Translations under genes and position numbers: made by a program
Assembly (NCBI GenBank): GCA_013265495.1
Contig: MU058000.1
Location: 2,046,001-2,110,000 of the forward strand
Direction: 5' to 3'
DNA length: 64,000 bases
DNA from: Vicugna vicugna
Taxonomy: Eukaryota
Shown here: piece by piece, positions 40,460 through 54,644 of the stretch
How the letters are laid out: every line of letters begins with the position of its first letter
How positions within the stretch are numbered: position 1 is the first letter of the stretch
The notes under the pieces: model-generated
The model's input: the letters and a program-made list of their open reading frames with translations, nothing else
Databases searched by the model: none
What the model was told of the DNA's origin: nothing

Positions 40460-43104
40460 TAAACTAGCCATAACACAATGCAGGATCAAATACCTACTAA
40501 TAGATGTACTTGTTCATCTTTAAAATGTGCTAAGGCAATACCGATACAGGACCCGTGAATTCTGAAATGAAGCAGGGGGTAGGGACAGGGGAGGTTTTAC
40601 AAACAGGTGTGAGGGAACTTACATACATACAGGCATGAGCTCTGAGGTTCTCACACAGTAAGGGCTCAAGTCAATTCCTGCAGCCTTGGGATAGCTCTTG
40701 GAGCTACCTCTTCTCCTAGGCAGCTGTCAGTCTCTTTTGGTTCTTACCTTATGCATTTCTAAGGGGTCGCTGAGTAGAGAAAGCTAATGCTTAAGTTCAA
40801 GTAGGGTGTTCTTCATTAGCTGGACTTTGGAATAGGAGACAGCGAAAGAGCTGAAGTCACGTACTTCAAACCAATTCCTTAAATCATGTGGGCACAAAAT
40901 ATTCCAGAGATCATAGCAGTTCAAACTACACACAGCAGTAACTCACCGAGTCAGGTTTTTAATTACCTCAGAAACTTGAATCAACATTGAGTGCTATCAA
41001 AAGCAAAATGAATGTACATTAATCAAAGAATATTTTAGTCACATGACATCTTTCATCCCAGGCAAGTTCACAACCCCTGAGTCTGTTTCTCATCACACCT
41101 AAACTGAGGAAACAGGATAGCAAGTAGCTTTGAAGAGATTTAATGGAAGAAGGCTGGTATTTAATTTAGACAGATCTACACAATAGTTGCAGAAAGCAAG
41201 CACTTTCTCTTATTGGGTCTCATTTCTAGAAGTGCTGTATTATTTTATCCCCAGTGATGAAAAAGTGGACAATAGCTCATTTATATGTTCATTGATATCC
41301 TGGGCTAAAAATAAGTCTTGATAGGAACTTCTAATACCCACCTAAGAGGGGACTCACTTTTGGAAAGTGTGATAGTTTTTATAATGAAAAATGTATGAAT
41401 ATGTTTATTATTATAGAATAATTGGTTTATTCATATCCCTGGCAAATGGGAAAGCAAGCACACAGAACTATGTTTCACCTTTGGTATTGATATTTTAGAC
41501 TAAACAGACCAGAACCTTTTCCTGCTCTTCAAGGATATTGGTAAAATATCCTTTTCCTCTTCCTGTCCCTTTGGAAAAGTGGACCAAGGAAGAACCGAAG
41601 CCATAACAGAAAAATGGTGATTTCCTGAAGCATCAATTTTCTATCAATAACTATTATAAAATAAACTTCTTACATGAAAATAGCAATTTTCCCTGGACCC
41701 TGGTACTCTTGAAGATTTATTCTAATAAGCCTTCTGCAAATAATGAATTATTTTCCTTTAAAGAGTCAGATTCAGAGGAGTTTCTGAAATACGTTCATCA
41801 CTTTTATATGTTGGGAGCTATTTTTAAGATTTCATTATAAAAAAGACATCTACTAAATAAGTTTTAAGATTATTTTATTAAAAGAAAGATGTATGTGACT
41901 TTGGAAAAAAGAAAGGATAAATTAATTTGACATTTATAGATAAAATGAGATTTGAAATAAATTGTGTGCTTAATAAATTATCTCCAGGATAAATAACCTA
42001 CTCTTTTTTACCTTTTATCATTCTGAGTGAGACTTTGTTTGAACCTATTGTTTCTTGTCTAAAAACAGGGTAAAAACTATGATTCTATAGTAAATTCAGG
42101 AACCAAACAGAAGATTTATTTATTCATTCTGAAATATTTAAGGGACTTTAACTCTGATCTAGGCTTCATCCTATGCCAGGATTGGCTCTGTATCTGGTTT
42201 CTAGTGGATCTCTGGCTATAGAGAGAGGTGTGAATACAAATGCAGTGGTGACATTCTCTGGCCAGTCACTCAGGCACAATGAAATGTAAGTTTCTGATTT
42301 GAAGTCAAACTCAATTGATTTTTATTTCAGATCCTTGTTCAGATCCTTGTAGAAGTGGTACCTTCGCAGTGCTAACTTGCCTTTCCCCACCAGGCAGCAG
42401 CTTTACCTGAGCTTCTATCTCGTTTTGGTAACTCACACACTGCCAAAGTACTGGGGAGTGGGCAGGTCCATCAGTTACCCGATGTTTTATCCATCCATAC
42501 AGGCAATTTAAGAAACATCTATTCCTTATACTGTGAGAATTTTTCCACATAGGTTTTATTGAATTGTCCCTTTTTGCTGTTCCCGAAGGCTCATTTGACA
42601 AAGCAGCTTTCTCTACTCACTATGTGTCCCTCTTGGGTGCATTCAAGGTTCAGTTTATGATACTCAAAAACCAGAAAACCTGCTATTAATTAAGGTTAAA
42701 GGTTAAAGGGCAGGGCCAGGGAATAAAAGTAAGTAACAGGTGAAGTAAGTAGCAATTGGCTAATGAATTTTATTATCCGGATACAAGGAATTGCAATCAA
42801 GTGAGGCAAGAGCTAAAAAACAAAACAGCACAAGAGTGACATGAAAACGAAAAATCAGCATTCATGGGGGCAGAGGAGTCTTCCTAGAGGTGAACTAAAT
42901 GCCTGTTCATGTCTACTTATTCCGTGACTCCTGGTCTGGCTTTATTCCTCTTGGTTTGATGTCCCTGCATCCTACGTGCTTGCCCAGAAGAGAAGTTTGT
43001 CCTTAAGAGGAAGTTTTACTAAGCTTATTAGTCTGTCCAATATAGGAAGTCTGAAATATTACCATATCTTCTTGAAAAATATTCTCAGCAATTATTGTAT
43101 TGCT

Positions 43105-43350
43105 GTGGCAATGTGTAGCTAGAAGGACTGGGCTTTGGAGTCAGGCATGAAAGGTGAGTTGAAATCTTAAATAACTGTTGTTCAGTAACTGAAGAATCTA
43201 ACATAAGTTAATTAATTTTCCTGAGATAAAACTTTCTCACCTATAAAATTTGGATAAGAATAAAAAATGGTAAGGTAGTTGTTAGGACTCTATATAAAAA
43301 ACTGACTATCTTGCCTAATACAGTACTAAAAAAATGGCAGTTTAATATTA
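43105..43350 (+). mobile_element. MIR SINE, near full length
   Basis: actgggctttggagtcag..tttctcacctataaaat..gtagttgttagga. Confidence 0.75.
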
Positions 43351-44572
43351 TGGATAGTAATGATGCTATGAAAAATACCTCCCCCCCCATCAGAAGATAC
43401 TCCATGAATGTGAACCACATCGGGTATTATAAATTTTTAAAGAAACCACAATCAATCAAATGATTTTATGGGCTCATATAATCATAAAATTGGAGAGTAT
43501 CCAAATATCTCACCTTAGAAGTAATTCTAATAATTAATAGGCTTTTTTTCCCCCATACCTCAGAGTAATCCAAAATTTTAAGTGCAGAATGAATTAACTA
43601 TTTTTCACTTTTGGAAAGTTGACATTTAGCCTTTTAGCTGAATGATCAGTAAAAATGTAATTATGTTGAATTTAGAGGAAAAAATAGTTTCCTGTTTCTG
43701 GATTATAACATTGTTAAGCAGTTCTACTCAGAAATTTTTAAATCATAGATAGACTAGGTATTTAATAAAAAATACAAAATTAATTTGTCAATATTGTACA
43801 TAAAATTTTTGTTGCTTCTTTTCTCTAAGTAGTCTAATTTATGAAACAGACAAAAATGCCAGTATTTTTTATTTTATGTATGTTAAATTCTATAATTATC
43901 TCGATCAGTTCCTAGTGTAAAACTTAAACACCATGACCTTATTATAGATGGCTGTAATTAATCTCAAATTAAACACTTTATAATGGATAGGGCCATAGAA
44001 CACCACCTTAGAAGAAGAGAATAATCTAAAGGGCTCTAATTATTCACATTGTAGCCTCAGGCTGATAGGTAGAAAAAGACTGAGAAATCTTCTAGTTTGA
44101 CTCTGTTTGTTTTTTTTTAATATTCCAACCATTGATGATTTTTAAAAAATGAGTCCAGACACCAGAAGTAGCAATTGTAAATAAATAAATAAGATAAAAT
44201 ATTGAAAATAAAGGGCTATGAAGAAATTCAATTCAAAGCCCTGTACTCAAGATGGAAGAGAGCCATACTCATACACCACAATTCATTCTCTAATCTCATA
44301 AGGGAACTATTTTTTGTGTTTTATTTTATTGGTGAGTTTTCATTTCTTTTAGCATTTTTACTGATATTAATCCTGCAGGGAGGAAAGCAAGATGAAAGCC
44401 TTCTAAAAAGAGGTGGGTGAGTTCAATGTATGGAAAATGTTTTCCAGAATGAAGAAACTGTGTAAAGTTTGCCCCTCAGTCCCAGTGGACTGTGGTAAGG
44501 AAAAGTGGTATAGGTTAAGGAAACAACTATGAGGCACGTTTCTCTAGATTTCACTTCTCTGGGCTCAAACTG

Positions 44573-45309
44573 AAGAAGAGTGTTGTGTAGGTACATTATT
44601 CATCAGGAAAACTATCATATGATCCAGCAATTCTACTTCTGGGTATTTATCTAAAGAAAATGAAAACACTAACTTGAAAAGATAGATGTACCTCATGTTT
44701 ATTGCAGCATTATTTACAATAGCCAAGATATGGAAACAACATAAGTGTCCATCTGTGTTTCATTGATAAAGAACATGTGAGGTGTACACACACACACACA
44801 CAGGAACATCATTCAGCCATAAAAAAGAATGAAATCTTGTCATTTGCAAAAACCATGGATGGACCATAATGGCATTATTCTAAGTGAAGTAAGTCAGACA
44901 GAGAAAGAGAAATACCATATGATCTCAGTTACATATGGAATCTAAAAAACAAGGAAAACAAAAAAACTATTTCATAGATACAGAGAATGGATTGATGGTT
45001 GCCAGATGGCAGGGGTGGATGTAGGCAAAATGGTATTGGGGGTCAAAAGGTAAAAAGTCTAGTTTATAAAATAAGTAGATCATGGGCATGTAATGTACAG
45101 CATGATAACTATAGTTAAAATACTGTATTGAGTCTTCATCACAAGAAAAAAAGATTCTGTAACTGTGTGTGGTGATGGATGTTAACTGGACTTATTGTGG
45201 TGATTATTTCACAATATATGGAAATATTAAATCATCATGTTGTGTCTTTAGTATATTAATATAATGTTATATGTCATTTATACCTCAATAAAAAAGAAGA
45301 GTGTATGTG
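44573..45309 (+). mobile_element. 5'-truncated L1 (L1MA9-like) with target-site duplication
   Basis: catatgatccagcaattctacttctgggtatttatc..atagccaagatatggaaacaac..tatacctcaataaaaa; TSD aagaagagtgt(a)tgtg at 44573-44587 and 45294-45309. Confidence 0.92.
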
Positions 45310-46210
45310 CTATATATATTGTATATAAATCATGAGAGAGTTTGATCTGACGTCGATTTTCCACTCTGAAGAGAATTCCAGTCTAGAGAAGACTTCCTGG
45401 CAACCTGGGGTCACAGAGAGTGCCAGGCATGGTTGAGCAGAGACAGCCTGCCCTTCTTGCCCCATCCCTGATTCCTATGTATCATGAAAGGAGATCGCAA
45501 GATCCACATTTCCTGTGGGGAAAGTATAAAGTAACTGACTTATTGAAGAGTTGCCAGAATGAGTGTTCACATATAGGCAGAGTGCGTATTTGTCCTAGAG
45601 CTATAGAATGAGCCATCAAGTCTTGAAACTTAATGAGAATCGTAGTCAGATCTTGGAGTAATACAGTGCCAAAGACAGCTGAGTTAAATCAGTCAGCTAG
45701 GGCAGATGGTCAACTTACTGTGTTGTGCGCCATGCTGAGAGAACAGACTCCAAGTTGAATCCTACCAGGAGCAAAGACCAGTGTAGATACCAGCAAAGAA
45801 CCTGGAGAGAAACCCTGGACAGTATCATTTAATTACACGTAAGGATCAGAAGAGTCAGGAGTCCCATTGAAGAGCTGACTGGCTCACTTAAGGACCAGGT
45901 GCAGATCAAGACCCTTCTTCCACCCTATACTCTCTGCCCTCCAAAGACTTACACTTTCTCTTGTAACAGGAATTCATCTTGGGGAGGAAAATGGGAAAAG
46001 GAAAATAGTCCCATTAAAGACCTTGTGTCTGAAGTGATTACATACTTATTCAAATGATACTATGCAATCAGAGAAATCTGATACACCATTAATTGACTCT
46101 TTTAAATAGCATTTCATCCTGTCCCCTCCTGCAGCTTAGAAGATTAAATTACTGGGGGTAAAGATGCCATGTTTTACTAATCTGAGTTTTGTGAGTAAAT
46201 TTGCTATTCA
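45310..46210. mobile_element. Possible ancient LTR remnant (family unresolved) that hosts the L1 above and may begin near 44490
   Basis: Higher-GC, LTR-like texture continuing on both sides of the L1 TSD; no diagnostic motif recognised. Confidence 0.25.
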
Positions 46211-46739
46211 GCTAAATTGTAATGTTTATTTTCCAATTTAAATGTAGGCTTTGTAAGAACAGACAGTGCATCTTTTTGAATTGCATTTGTACAGGCCTGT
46301 AGCACAATATTATTTTGGCTATTTCCCTATATGTTTATGTATCCAATAAATACTGAATTGGGAATAACATATTTTAATGGTCAAGATTGCTACTGAGTAC
46401 ACAGATGGCTTAAATATTTTAATATTTAACTAAGAAAATAAGAAAATACATGTGAAAATGTAAAAATAGAGTAAAAAATTACAATAACAAGAAAACAAGA
46501 AAATCAGCAAATGCAGAAACCACAGACTCCACAATTTTTTCCCTTAATAAACTTTATCAATTTTTTTCTACAATATTATAGAAACATTCTGAAAATTTCA
46601 GTAAAGATAATTAGATATTGTTTTGAAAATAGATTACTAAATTTATCATTACAATTAGAGCAAATTAAAATTATGAATAGACTTATTTATTTCTTTTGTC
46701 TTTTTGCCCTGTACTTTGAGGACTTCACAGGACAACAAT

Positions 46740-47545
46740 TAACTAATGAATTAATTTATCCAATAGTTTTTAGACATCTACTGTGAGCCTAGAAGGCTGT
46801 TGGGTCAGTCATTAATACCAAATCACAAGGTTGAAAAGAATTCAAACCTATCATATGAAGGGCTGGCACTCTGGAGGGGAAACAAGGCATGCTAGTGAAT
46901 AATTAAAGCAATGTGGGAAGATAATATGAAGACCCATACAGAGAAGCTCAATGGAACAGACAGGCGAAAGCCCTTGACTTGCAGTGTCAGGGAAATTTTT
47001 AGGAAGAAATATGAGTTTGAACTTCAAAGGCAAATCAAATTCCTCTTGCACCAACTTCAGAGCACCTGAATGTACAAAGCATGTATTAACAGATCTGAAA
47101 GGAAAAATAGACAGCAAGACGAGTCCTTCTTCAACCATACCAAAAAATAGAAGGTAACACTTTCAAACTCATTTTACAAGGCCAGCATCACCCTGATGAT
47201 ACCAAAGCCAGACGAGGATACTACAAGAAAAGAAAACACAAGCCAATATACCTGGTGATCATAGACGAAAAATTCTCAACAAAATATTAACAAACTAAGT
47301 TCAACAGTACATTAAAAAAGTACATTCTCTAACACACAAAAAAGGTAAAACGTGAAGTGATGAATGTGTTAACTCGATTGTGGGAATCCTTTGACAATGT
47401 CTGTGTATATCTAATCATCATGTTGTACACTTTAAATATGTTACAATTTTACTTGTCAGTATACCTCGATAAAACTCAAAAATTAAGTTCCTCATGAAAA
47501 TTATGGTAGGAAAGACACACCAGGAAGAAGCCTAGTTTGAACAAA
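46740..47545 (-). mobile_element. L2 3' region interrupted by an L1 insertion
   Basis: tttagacatctactgtgagcctag..gtcagggaaatttttaggaagaaat..tttgaacttcaaagg, resuming after 47496 with ggaaagacacaccagg. Confidence 0.6.
47032..47496 (+). mobile_element. Composite, internally deleted L1 (EN piece, RT piece, 3' UTR end) with a 17-bp TSD
   Basis: RAPECTKHVLTDLKGKIDS (EN-like), then tcattttacaaggccagcatcaccctgat..aaaattctcaacaaaatatta (RT-like), then an L1MA/MB-type terminus; TSD 14/17 identical. Confidence 0.85.
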
Positions 47546-47949
47546 AAGAAAAATTTTAAGAATATTTTAAATATTTTAAATAAAATTCTTTAGAGTTCAT
47601 CTTCTAAATGAGCCAGTTATTCATGATGTATAATTGTTTTCCAAAACATTCCTAAATTATACTTTCATCTTTGTGTTTTCTTTTTTCATGACTGATAAAT
47701 TGGATTTGACATTCTTCAAATCAGTTACAGTTTTGTATGGTTTAGTTTTCTTGGTCAAATGACATTATAATCTATTTACTATTATAATCAATTTTCTGGC
47801 TGAATGATGAAAACTTAAAAAATATAAACTAGTCTTTTCCAGTAGTAAAAGCCTGTGTTTTCAATGAGACCATGATATTTGCAATTGTTTTTCAGTTATA
47901 TTTTGGAAAGTCAACTAATGTTTCATCCTTTCGTTTTTTTTCACGTCTG

Positions 47950-49170
47950 CTCCAGGCAGATTTTCTTCTCACCAAATTCCCCAGAGTCATCTTTATTAAT
48001 AATTGTGGTGTCTACATGTTGCCAAGCCTGATGACCCAGTGACCAAATCTATCATAATACTTGATGTTTCTCCAGCAGTTAATCATGCTATCTTTCTTCA
48101 AATACTTTTTTTTTTTTAATTTGAGTTTTAGGTCACTATACTCAGCTCTCTTTCTATCTCACTGACCACTATGTTAGTCTTCTTTGCAGGAATCCTCCTT
48201 CTTTTTGGAATCTTTAAATGTTGCAATGCTTAAGGGCTTAGACCTTGAACATCTTTTTGTCCCTTTATAGTCATTTTCCCTGGGATGTGTAGTGTTAAAA
48301 ACATCAAAAATGTCTAAATTTAACCCCGTGCTTGAACTTCCATATTTACCTATCTAAACCTCTCCTTGATATGACCATTTAGATCTAGCAGGCATCTTAA
48401 TCTTACTATGGCTTTAGCTCAACATTTGATTATTGCACTCAGACCTATTCTTTTCCAGGTATTTTCAATTTTATAAAATGATGCTGCATTGAAATATATC
48501 CCAAGTCTATTTTAATCACTTTCACTGCTGTTATGCAACCAACCTAGCAACCACAGTCTCTTGCCTTGATTGTGCTTGTCTCCTAATTTGTCTCACTTCT
48601 GCTATTTTTGTTCCTACCCATGGTATATTCTTTCATACAGTAGTCACTGTGACTATTTTAATATACAAATCTTACTTACAAGTCTCTTAAATTATTCCAA
48701 TTCCTTTCGATGAACTACTCTTCTCTAGATGGTCTGGTTCCTGCTTCACTCAAATACCATCCCTTATTTTTTTTTTTCCTTTTGCCCATTATAGTTTAAA
48801 CACTTGACTTTTTATTTTGTTTTTCTGTTTCTCAAACATGCTAAGCATGTTTCCAGCTCTTCTTAAAAACCTCTTTCCCTGGATAAAAAGAAGTCTTACC
48901 TTCTTCCCTCTTGTCTGCCTCTGCACAAATAGTAACTTCTTCCCTTTTCCACTTGTTCTGAAATAGTCACGCCTATTTATTCTCCATTTGTGCAAGGATA
49001 CTATTTACCTGTCAGTACATGACATTATCTTATTTATATACTCACTTTTGACTTTTTATTTTTTTTATCATGTCTTCCTTACTAAAATATAAAGTCTAAG
49101 AAGGAAAAAGACCAAATCCAAATCACATATTCAGTCTAGCTCCCATGTATCTAGAATGACTATATAAGTA
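47950..49170 (+). mobile_element. L2, long 3' segment
   Basis: tctatctcactgaccact, aggcatcttaatcttactatg, acagtctcttgccttgattg, tttctcaaacatgctaagcatg. Confidence 0.75.
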
Positions 49171-52100
49171 TTGTCCACTTTAGCAAGAAAGATTACTAGA
49201 AAATGTATTGCCCCAAGATAGGATGGCCACTGTAAAGAAAAACTTAGCGAGATAAGATGGACCAATAGAAATTTCAAGACTTTAGATTTAAAACAAATGT
49301 TAGTTACTGTTTTCCTGGAACACTGAGGAGTATTTTATAAGTGTTAACTTCTGTGCTAAATACAAGTATCTGAAGAAGTTTCCACATTCAAGCAGCTTTC
49401 AAGGACTATTATGCTTAGCATGAATGAACTGCCATAGAATATGTTTATCATGTTACTAGTAAAGGAATCTTCAATATTACCCTGAAAATATTACTCAAAA
49501 TTAAATACCTGATGGGTGTTAAGTTCCATGTATACAGAATTCACCTGGAGAAACATGAAAATATCTGGTTAGCACTGTCTGTGAAATTGACCTTAGAGAG
49601 AGTAACAAGATAGTTTCTAAACAACATTATCAATTAAAATGAGGAATTAGGCAAATTAAATGAAATCCTGTATGTTTTAAAGTTCCAGGAAGCAGAAACA
49701 AACAAAGATTTCTTATACGATCTGACTTAAATATGCAAAGATAATCAGACTTCTTTTCCTATAATTTCCTGAGAAGAGTATCTGCAAATTTCATTCATTC
49801 TGCAAAAGTTAGCACTGTTGATTCTTTATCAGTGACACTATTTGAAACTCTGGACTTTACATGTCCTCATTCACTGTCAGACCTAGGATCACAGCTCTTA
49901 CTATGTAAAGACCTAAAACAGTGTTGCAGCTTGATTCCTTGACTTCACATATTAATGTGCAAAAAGACTAGCATATTCCAAAATTTATACATGCACTTGA
50001 GGTCATCTTAATTACCACTCATCTTTTTTTTCTGCCTAATTACAAGGTTATCATATCCACAAAGAAATAAATCTTTAAGTTAACTAGCTCATCAAGGAGG
50101 TTTTGACATGCCAAAAGCCATATTATGGCTACAGCGAAATACCTGAATAAATCTCTTGAAAAAAAATCTTTCTTCTTTTCTTTCACATGTGTTTCATCTT
50201 TTCTAGATGATTCAAGACTAAATAAAGCCTGTGTTTTATGTAATCTAATTAAATACAGTATGGGGTAAACTCGGCAGAAATTCTCTGATGAAGAAATTCT
50301 CAGATGCTCAGTTAGGAGATTGCATTTCTAAAATATACAACTGTCCTGTAGAAATGCAGAGTTTGCATAGGACTAGTAGTGGAATCCTCTGACCACCTTC
50401 TGCTAACTGATATAAAATATGGAAATCCTAGCATCTAGATGTTAGCAAGGGCCTTAGGAGTACTCTAGGCTGAAACCATGGAGTGCTATGTGAGTATAGA
50501 TAGCAGTTTTATAACATCTGCCTTTGATCAGTAGTGGCTGATAAAATGCAAGTCTACAGTTCATTTTAACTGTTTCCAGGTTTTTAAAAATAAAATATTT
50601 ATTCTGAATATAATATGCCATTATAAATGTATTCAGATATAGGACATTTTCATTTTCATTTAATGAGGAATTCATTTCTGAGCTGATGTGCCTTTTATTT
50701 GTGGAAGCTCATCAAGGGATTGCTCATTTCCTTGTATAATGCAGTTTACTTTGCACAACCAGGCAGCTTTCACTGGCTGATTACACTAATTTCTTTTTCC
50801 TAGCTACCCTTGGAAGTCTTTGATACTGTAGAATCATACCGACTGTTGCCATAGGGGAAACTTTTGTGAATCTCTGATATAAAATGTTCTATTTTGAATA
50901 AAAAGGATTCCCCAGAAGTGGATTTTAAATCCCTTTTAGACATTTTCTGCTGGCTGTTAACTCTGTATTCATTATTATGTCCATGACTGTTATGTGTGAT
51001 ATACTTCAATAGAAGTTTTATGGATGATTTTTAATATCTGCACCTTCATAGATTAACACACTTTCCTGATTATTAGATCTGCATTTTCATGGTTTGCTTG
51101 CTAGTGTTTTATATTGGTTTGTACTGATTCACTTAAATTCATGCCCCAGTTTACTCTTTTTTTTTAACAATTATGAATTGTAACCTGATATGCAAAACAC
51201 ACCATGTCTGTTGTTAGGCATCTGGCAATGGATAAAGTATGTCTGACCCTGTACCTTTTATTTCTACTGTACATGAGACTAAACACTAAAAAATGATCAA
51301 CTTAATTGACTATTTAAATATAAGTATTATAAAAATGATAAAGAGGCAATTCCATTTTATAATTTCTTTTGTAAATAATGACATACATTGCTTGTCATGG
51401 TCAAAGAAGACTACTATAGTTCACTGAGCAGAGTAGAATTAATATTACTGATCTCTAAAAATTGGTCGTTTAAGGGTAGGGCTTTGCTGCAAATAAATGA
51501 GTTGGCCTCAGGTGAAGAAAAACAGTATCTATACTGTAGTAAACATGATATGGAGAACATTTTGTGCAGTGATTTTTCACTTCAGTGGATTTTTTGGATC
51601 AATTAAAGGTAGCATAATAAATTATGAGACACTTAGCTCCTTAAGATTGAAACCACAATAAAATGATTAACTAGATTCTAACATTATTGGCTACCAGCTT
51701 TAGGTTGAAGTTGATGGAAGTTTAATGCACACTAAACTAATTTCATTTTGTCAGTTTTTGTTTGTTTATATGTTTTCATCATTTTCCATACTTTTATTTT
51801 CCTCAGTACAACTGTAATCTCTGTCAGCATTCCAGTGAATATTGGATGCTTCTTATTTTAATTTATTCTGTAAATGACATATAAAAAGAACATATTTTCT
51901 GGTACTATCAGAAAGTTCAATCGATGAAGAAATTGTATCAATTTTTAATAACTGTGGGCATATTTAGTCTTTGGCAAGATTTACCTAGTTGCTTAGGTGG
52001 AAAATTTTAAATGTAAAAAAATGAAATGTAAAAAGAATCTTGTTTTAATGATATTCACCATTTTAAAAATATCAACATTCTAATTTGAACCTGTGTAAAC

Positions 52101-52799
52101 ATAACTTAAGTGAATCTTTTTAACAGAATTTTTCTTTAAGACATTAAAATGTGCCAACTATCCACCAATGAGTAAGTACAGAAAAACCGACAGATGCCCA
52201 GGAACCCCTGTCTACCTTCCACCATTCAGTTCTGTTGCAAATACACACAATAGATAACTGGCTTCAGCAGTCGTGGTTTGTGGTGCCTTCTGTTGCTGAA
52301 CGCTCTTCATTCAGACTTGGGGATACAGCAGATAAAGAATAATTTGTTATCCTTTTTTTTTTTTGCATGCATTTTTAGCCTTGAACTAGAACAATAATTG
52401 TAATATCTCATCTGATTTATTAAAATGGGTTTTGTTAAAATGAGAACTAATCCATTGAGCAATAAAAAGGGTCGAGGTAAGACAAATGAATTTCATATGT
52501 AAATGACTTTAACCAGCTGAATTGAAATATGTTTGAATTATCTTTCACTTGTAGTTATTGTGTTACCAGTAAATTGGATTCATAAACTTTTATGCAAAAA
52601 GAGATTTTATAAGAAATAATGCTTCCTACGTGTTATACTATTATTTATATGATTATAAGCAGACATCACCATCATTGCTACTCTTTAATAGAGAACAAAC
52701 TTCAGCCGAATTTTATAAATGTAAAAACATACAATTTTAAGTATTGATTATTATTTAGGCAGTTATTTAGGATGGAAGATTTTAGAGGAATGTGTGAGA

Positions 52800-52980
52800 T
52801 GTCTACTATCTGTGATCTCTGACAAGTCACTGTATCTCAATAAGCCTCAAGGTCATGTCTGTAAATAGGGATAGTAACATTGTCCCTGCAGCTTCCTTAA
52901 GGATTAAGAGACATAATATATGGATAACAGTGAGTAAGGCATCTCACCTTTAGTAAGTACTCAATAAATAGATGTTATTT
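52800..52980 (+). mobile_element. MIR SINE
   Basis: tgtgatctctgacaagtcact..tctgtaaatagggatagtaa..tagtaagtactcaataaat. Confidence 0.8.
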
Positions 52981-53993
52981 TCCAAAACAGCAAGAAAAAT
53001 TGCTTAGATGAGGAATGGCTACTTTAGTTAAATTTGCCATGTAGTCTACAATTTTACAATTCTTTAATGCTTTCATTTATAAAGCTTGAATATTCTATTA
53101 TCCAGCAGGATTGAAGAAATAGGAAGTAAAAGATAGATGTATAGCCATAGCACATATGTAACTATTTATGAAATAATTAGAAAAGAATGAAACAGAATAA
53201 AAAGTGTTCCAGGGGAACACTTCTGATATAGAAAATCTAAGACACAGATGAAGTTAAAACAAAAACAAAAACAAAAAACAAACAAAAAAACAGTTCTACA
53301 AATGCACATTTGACCTAGTGAAAAAGCAAGCGAAATAAAAGTCGTAAGGTTGTAAGAAACGAAGACAGAAAAACTGTCCATGGGACGCCCGTGAGGCTTT
53401 CTCATGTTATCTGTCAATCTCTGGTGGAACAGACCTCGTTTTCAATGAGTTAACAATGGAAATAAGAGAAAAAGGCTTGGATCTGAGCCAGATGAAAGTT
53501 GAGATTGTGATTTTTTTTTTCTATAAAGCTGGAAACCCTAAAAACCTCTTACTACAGTGGGTACCCTAGGAAAAACATGCCTTGAGAATTACATCTACTG
53601 GGAATTACTGTCAACATGGAACTTTGGAAACTGTGTTCATACCAGTTTTAGGGCTCGAAAACATCTGAGCAAAATACCTTCTTTGACGTACTCCTGAATG
53701 TTACTGCCAGTAGACACTTAGCAGAAAAATCACAGATATTCTCTATAGGCCATGGTTTATACACAGATATTAAAAAATCCTCATGCAAAAAGGTCTAAAA
53801 AACATGAGTTCACAAAGAGGACTCAGAAAATTTACAAAGAAACAAGCCACAGGGAGCCAGAGTAATCAGAAACAAGCAGCAGAATCAGACCTACGTGAAC
53901 TACAGACATTTGAATGTCCAGATAGAGACTCTTAAGTGAGTCTGTTTAGTATGCTTAAAGAACATTTTAAGAATCATATATAATATACAATAT

Positions 53994-54392
53994 TGCTATG
54001 AGCTAAATTGTGCCCTTCTAAAATTCATATTTTGATGCCCTAACCCCTAGTCCCTCAGAGTGTGACTCTATTTGGAAACAGGGCCTGTAAAGAGGTAATT
54101 AAGTTAAAATGTGGCCATGGGGTGGGTCCTGATCCACTCTGAATGTGTCCTTAGAAGAAGAGAAAACTTGGACCCACAAAGAGACATCAGGGATGCAGGC
54201 ACACAGAGAAAATACCATGTGAGAACACAGCAAGTAGGTGGCCGTCTGCAAACTAAGAACAGAGGCCTCAAAAGAAACCATATTGGCCAGGCTTCTTGCA
54301 CTTTCGTCTTGCAGTACTATGAGAAAATAAATTTTTGTTTAAGCCATCCAGTTTGTGCTATTTTGTTATGACAGTCCTAGCAAAATAATATG
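53994..54392 (+). mobile_element. MLT1B MaLR solo LTR, near full length
   Basis: tgctatgagctaaattgtg..tgtgactctatttggaaacagggcc..gaggtaattaagttaaaatg..gacatcagggatgc..tttaagccatccagtttgtg. Confidence 0.9.
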
Positions 54393-54644
54393 CTATAAAA
54401 ATGAGCAGACATATTCAAAAAATAAATAGATGTTCAGTAAGAAAGCACATTACTTGAAACCAGATACTTAGTTGACATTAGCAGATGAATTAACCAAAAC
54501 ACTCTTGAAGAGGAAGAATGAGGAGCACCAATTTACCTTATCTCAAGACTTATCTGACAGCCTTACTAATTCAGACAAAGTGGAATGCCTGCAAGCATAG
54601 ACAAATGGACTGCAGTAGTGGTATACAGAGTTATGACCCAGGAG

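Noticed and set aside
40748..40993. Minus-strand 22-nt and 47-nt mini-exon candidates
   Set aside because: Splice motifs are plausible, but neither length preserves frame and such pairs are expected by chance
41249..41304. cccag-TGATGA...ctggg resembling a C/D snoRNA
   Set aside because: No CTGA D box next to the stem, and too short
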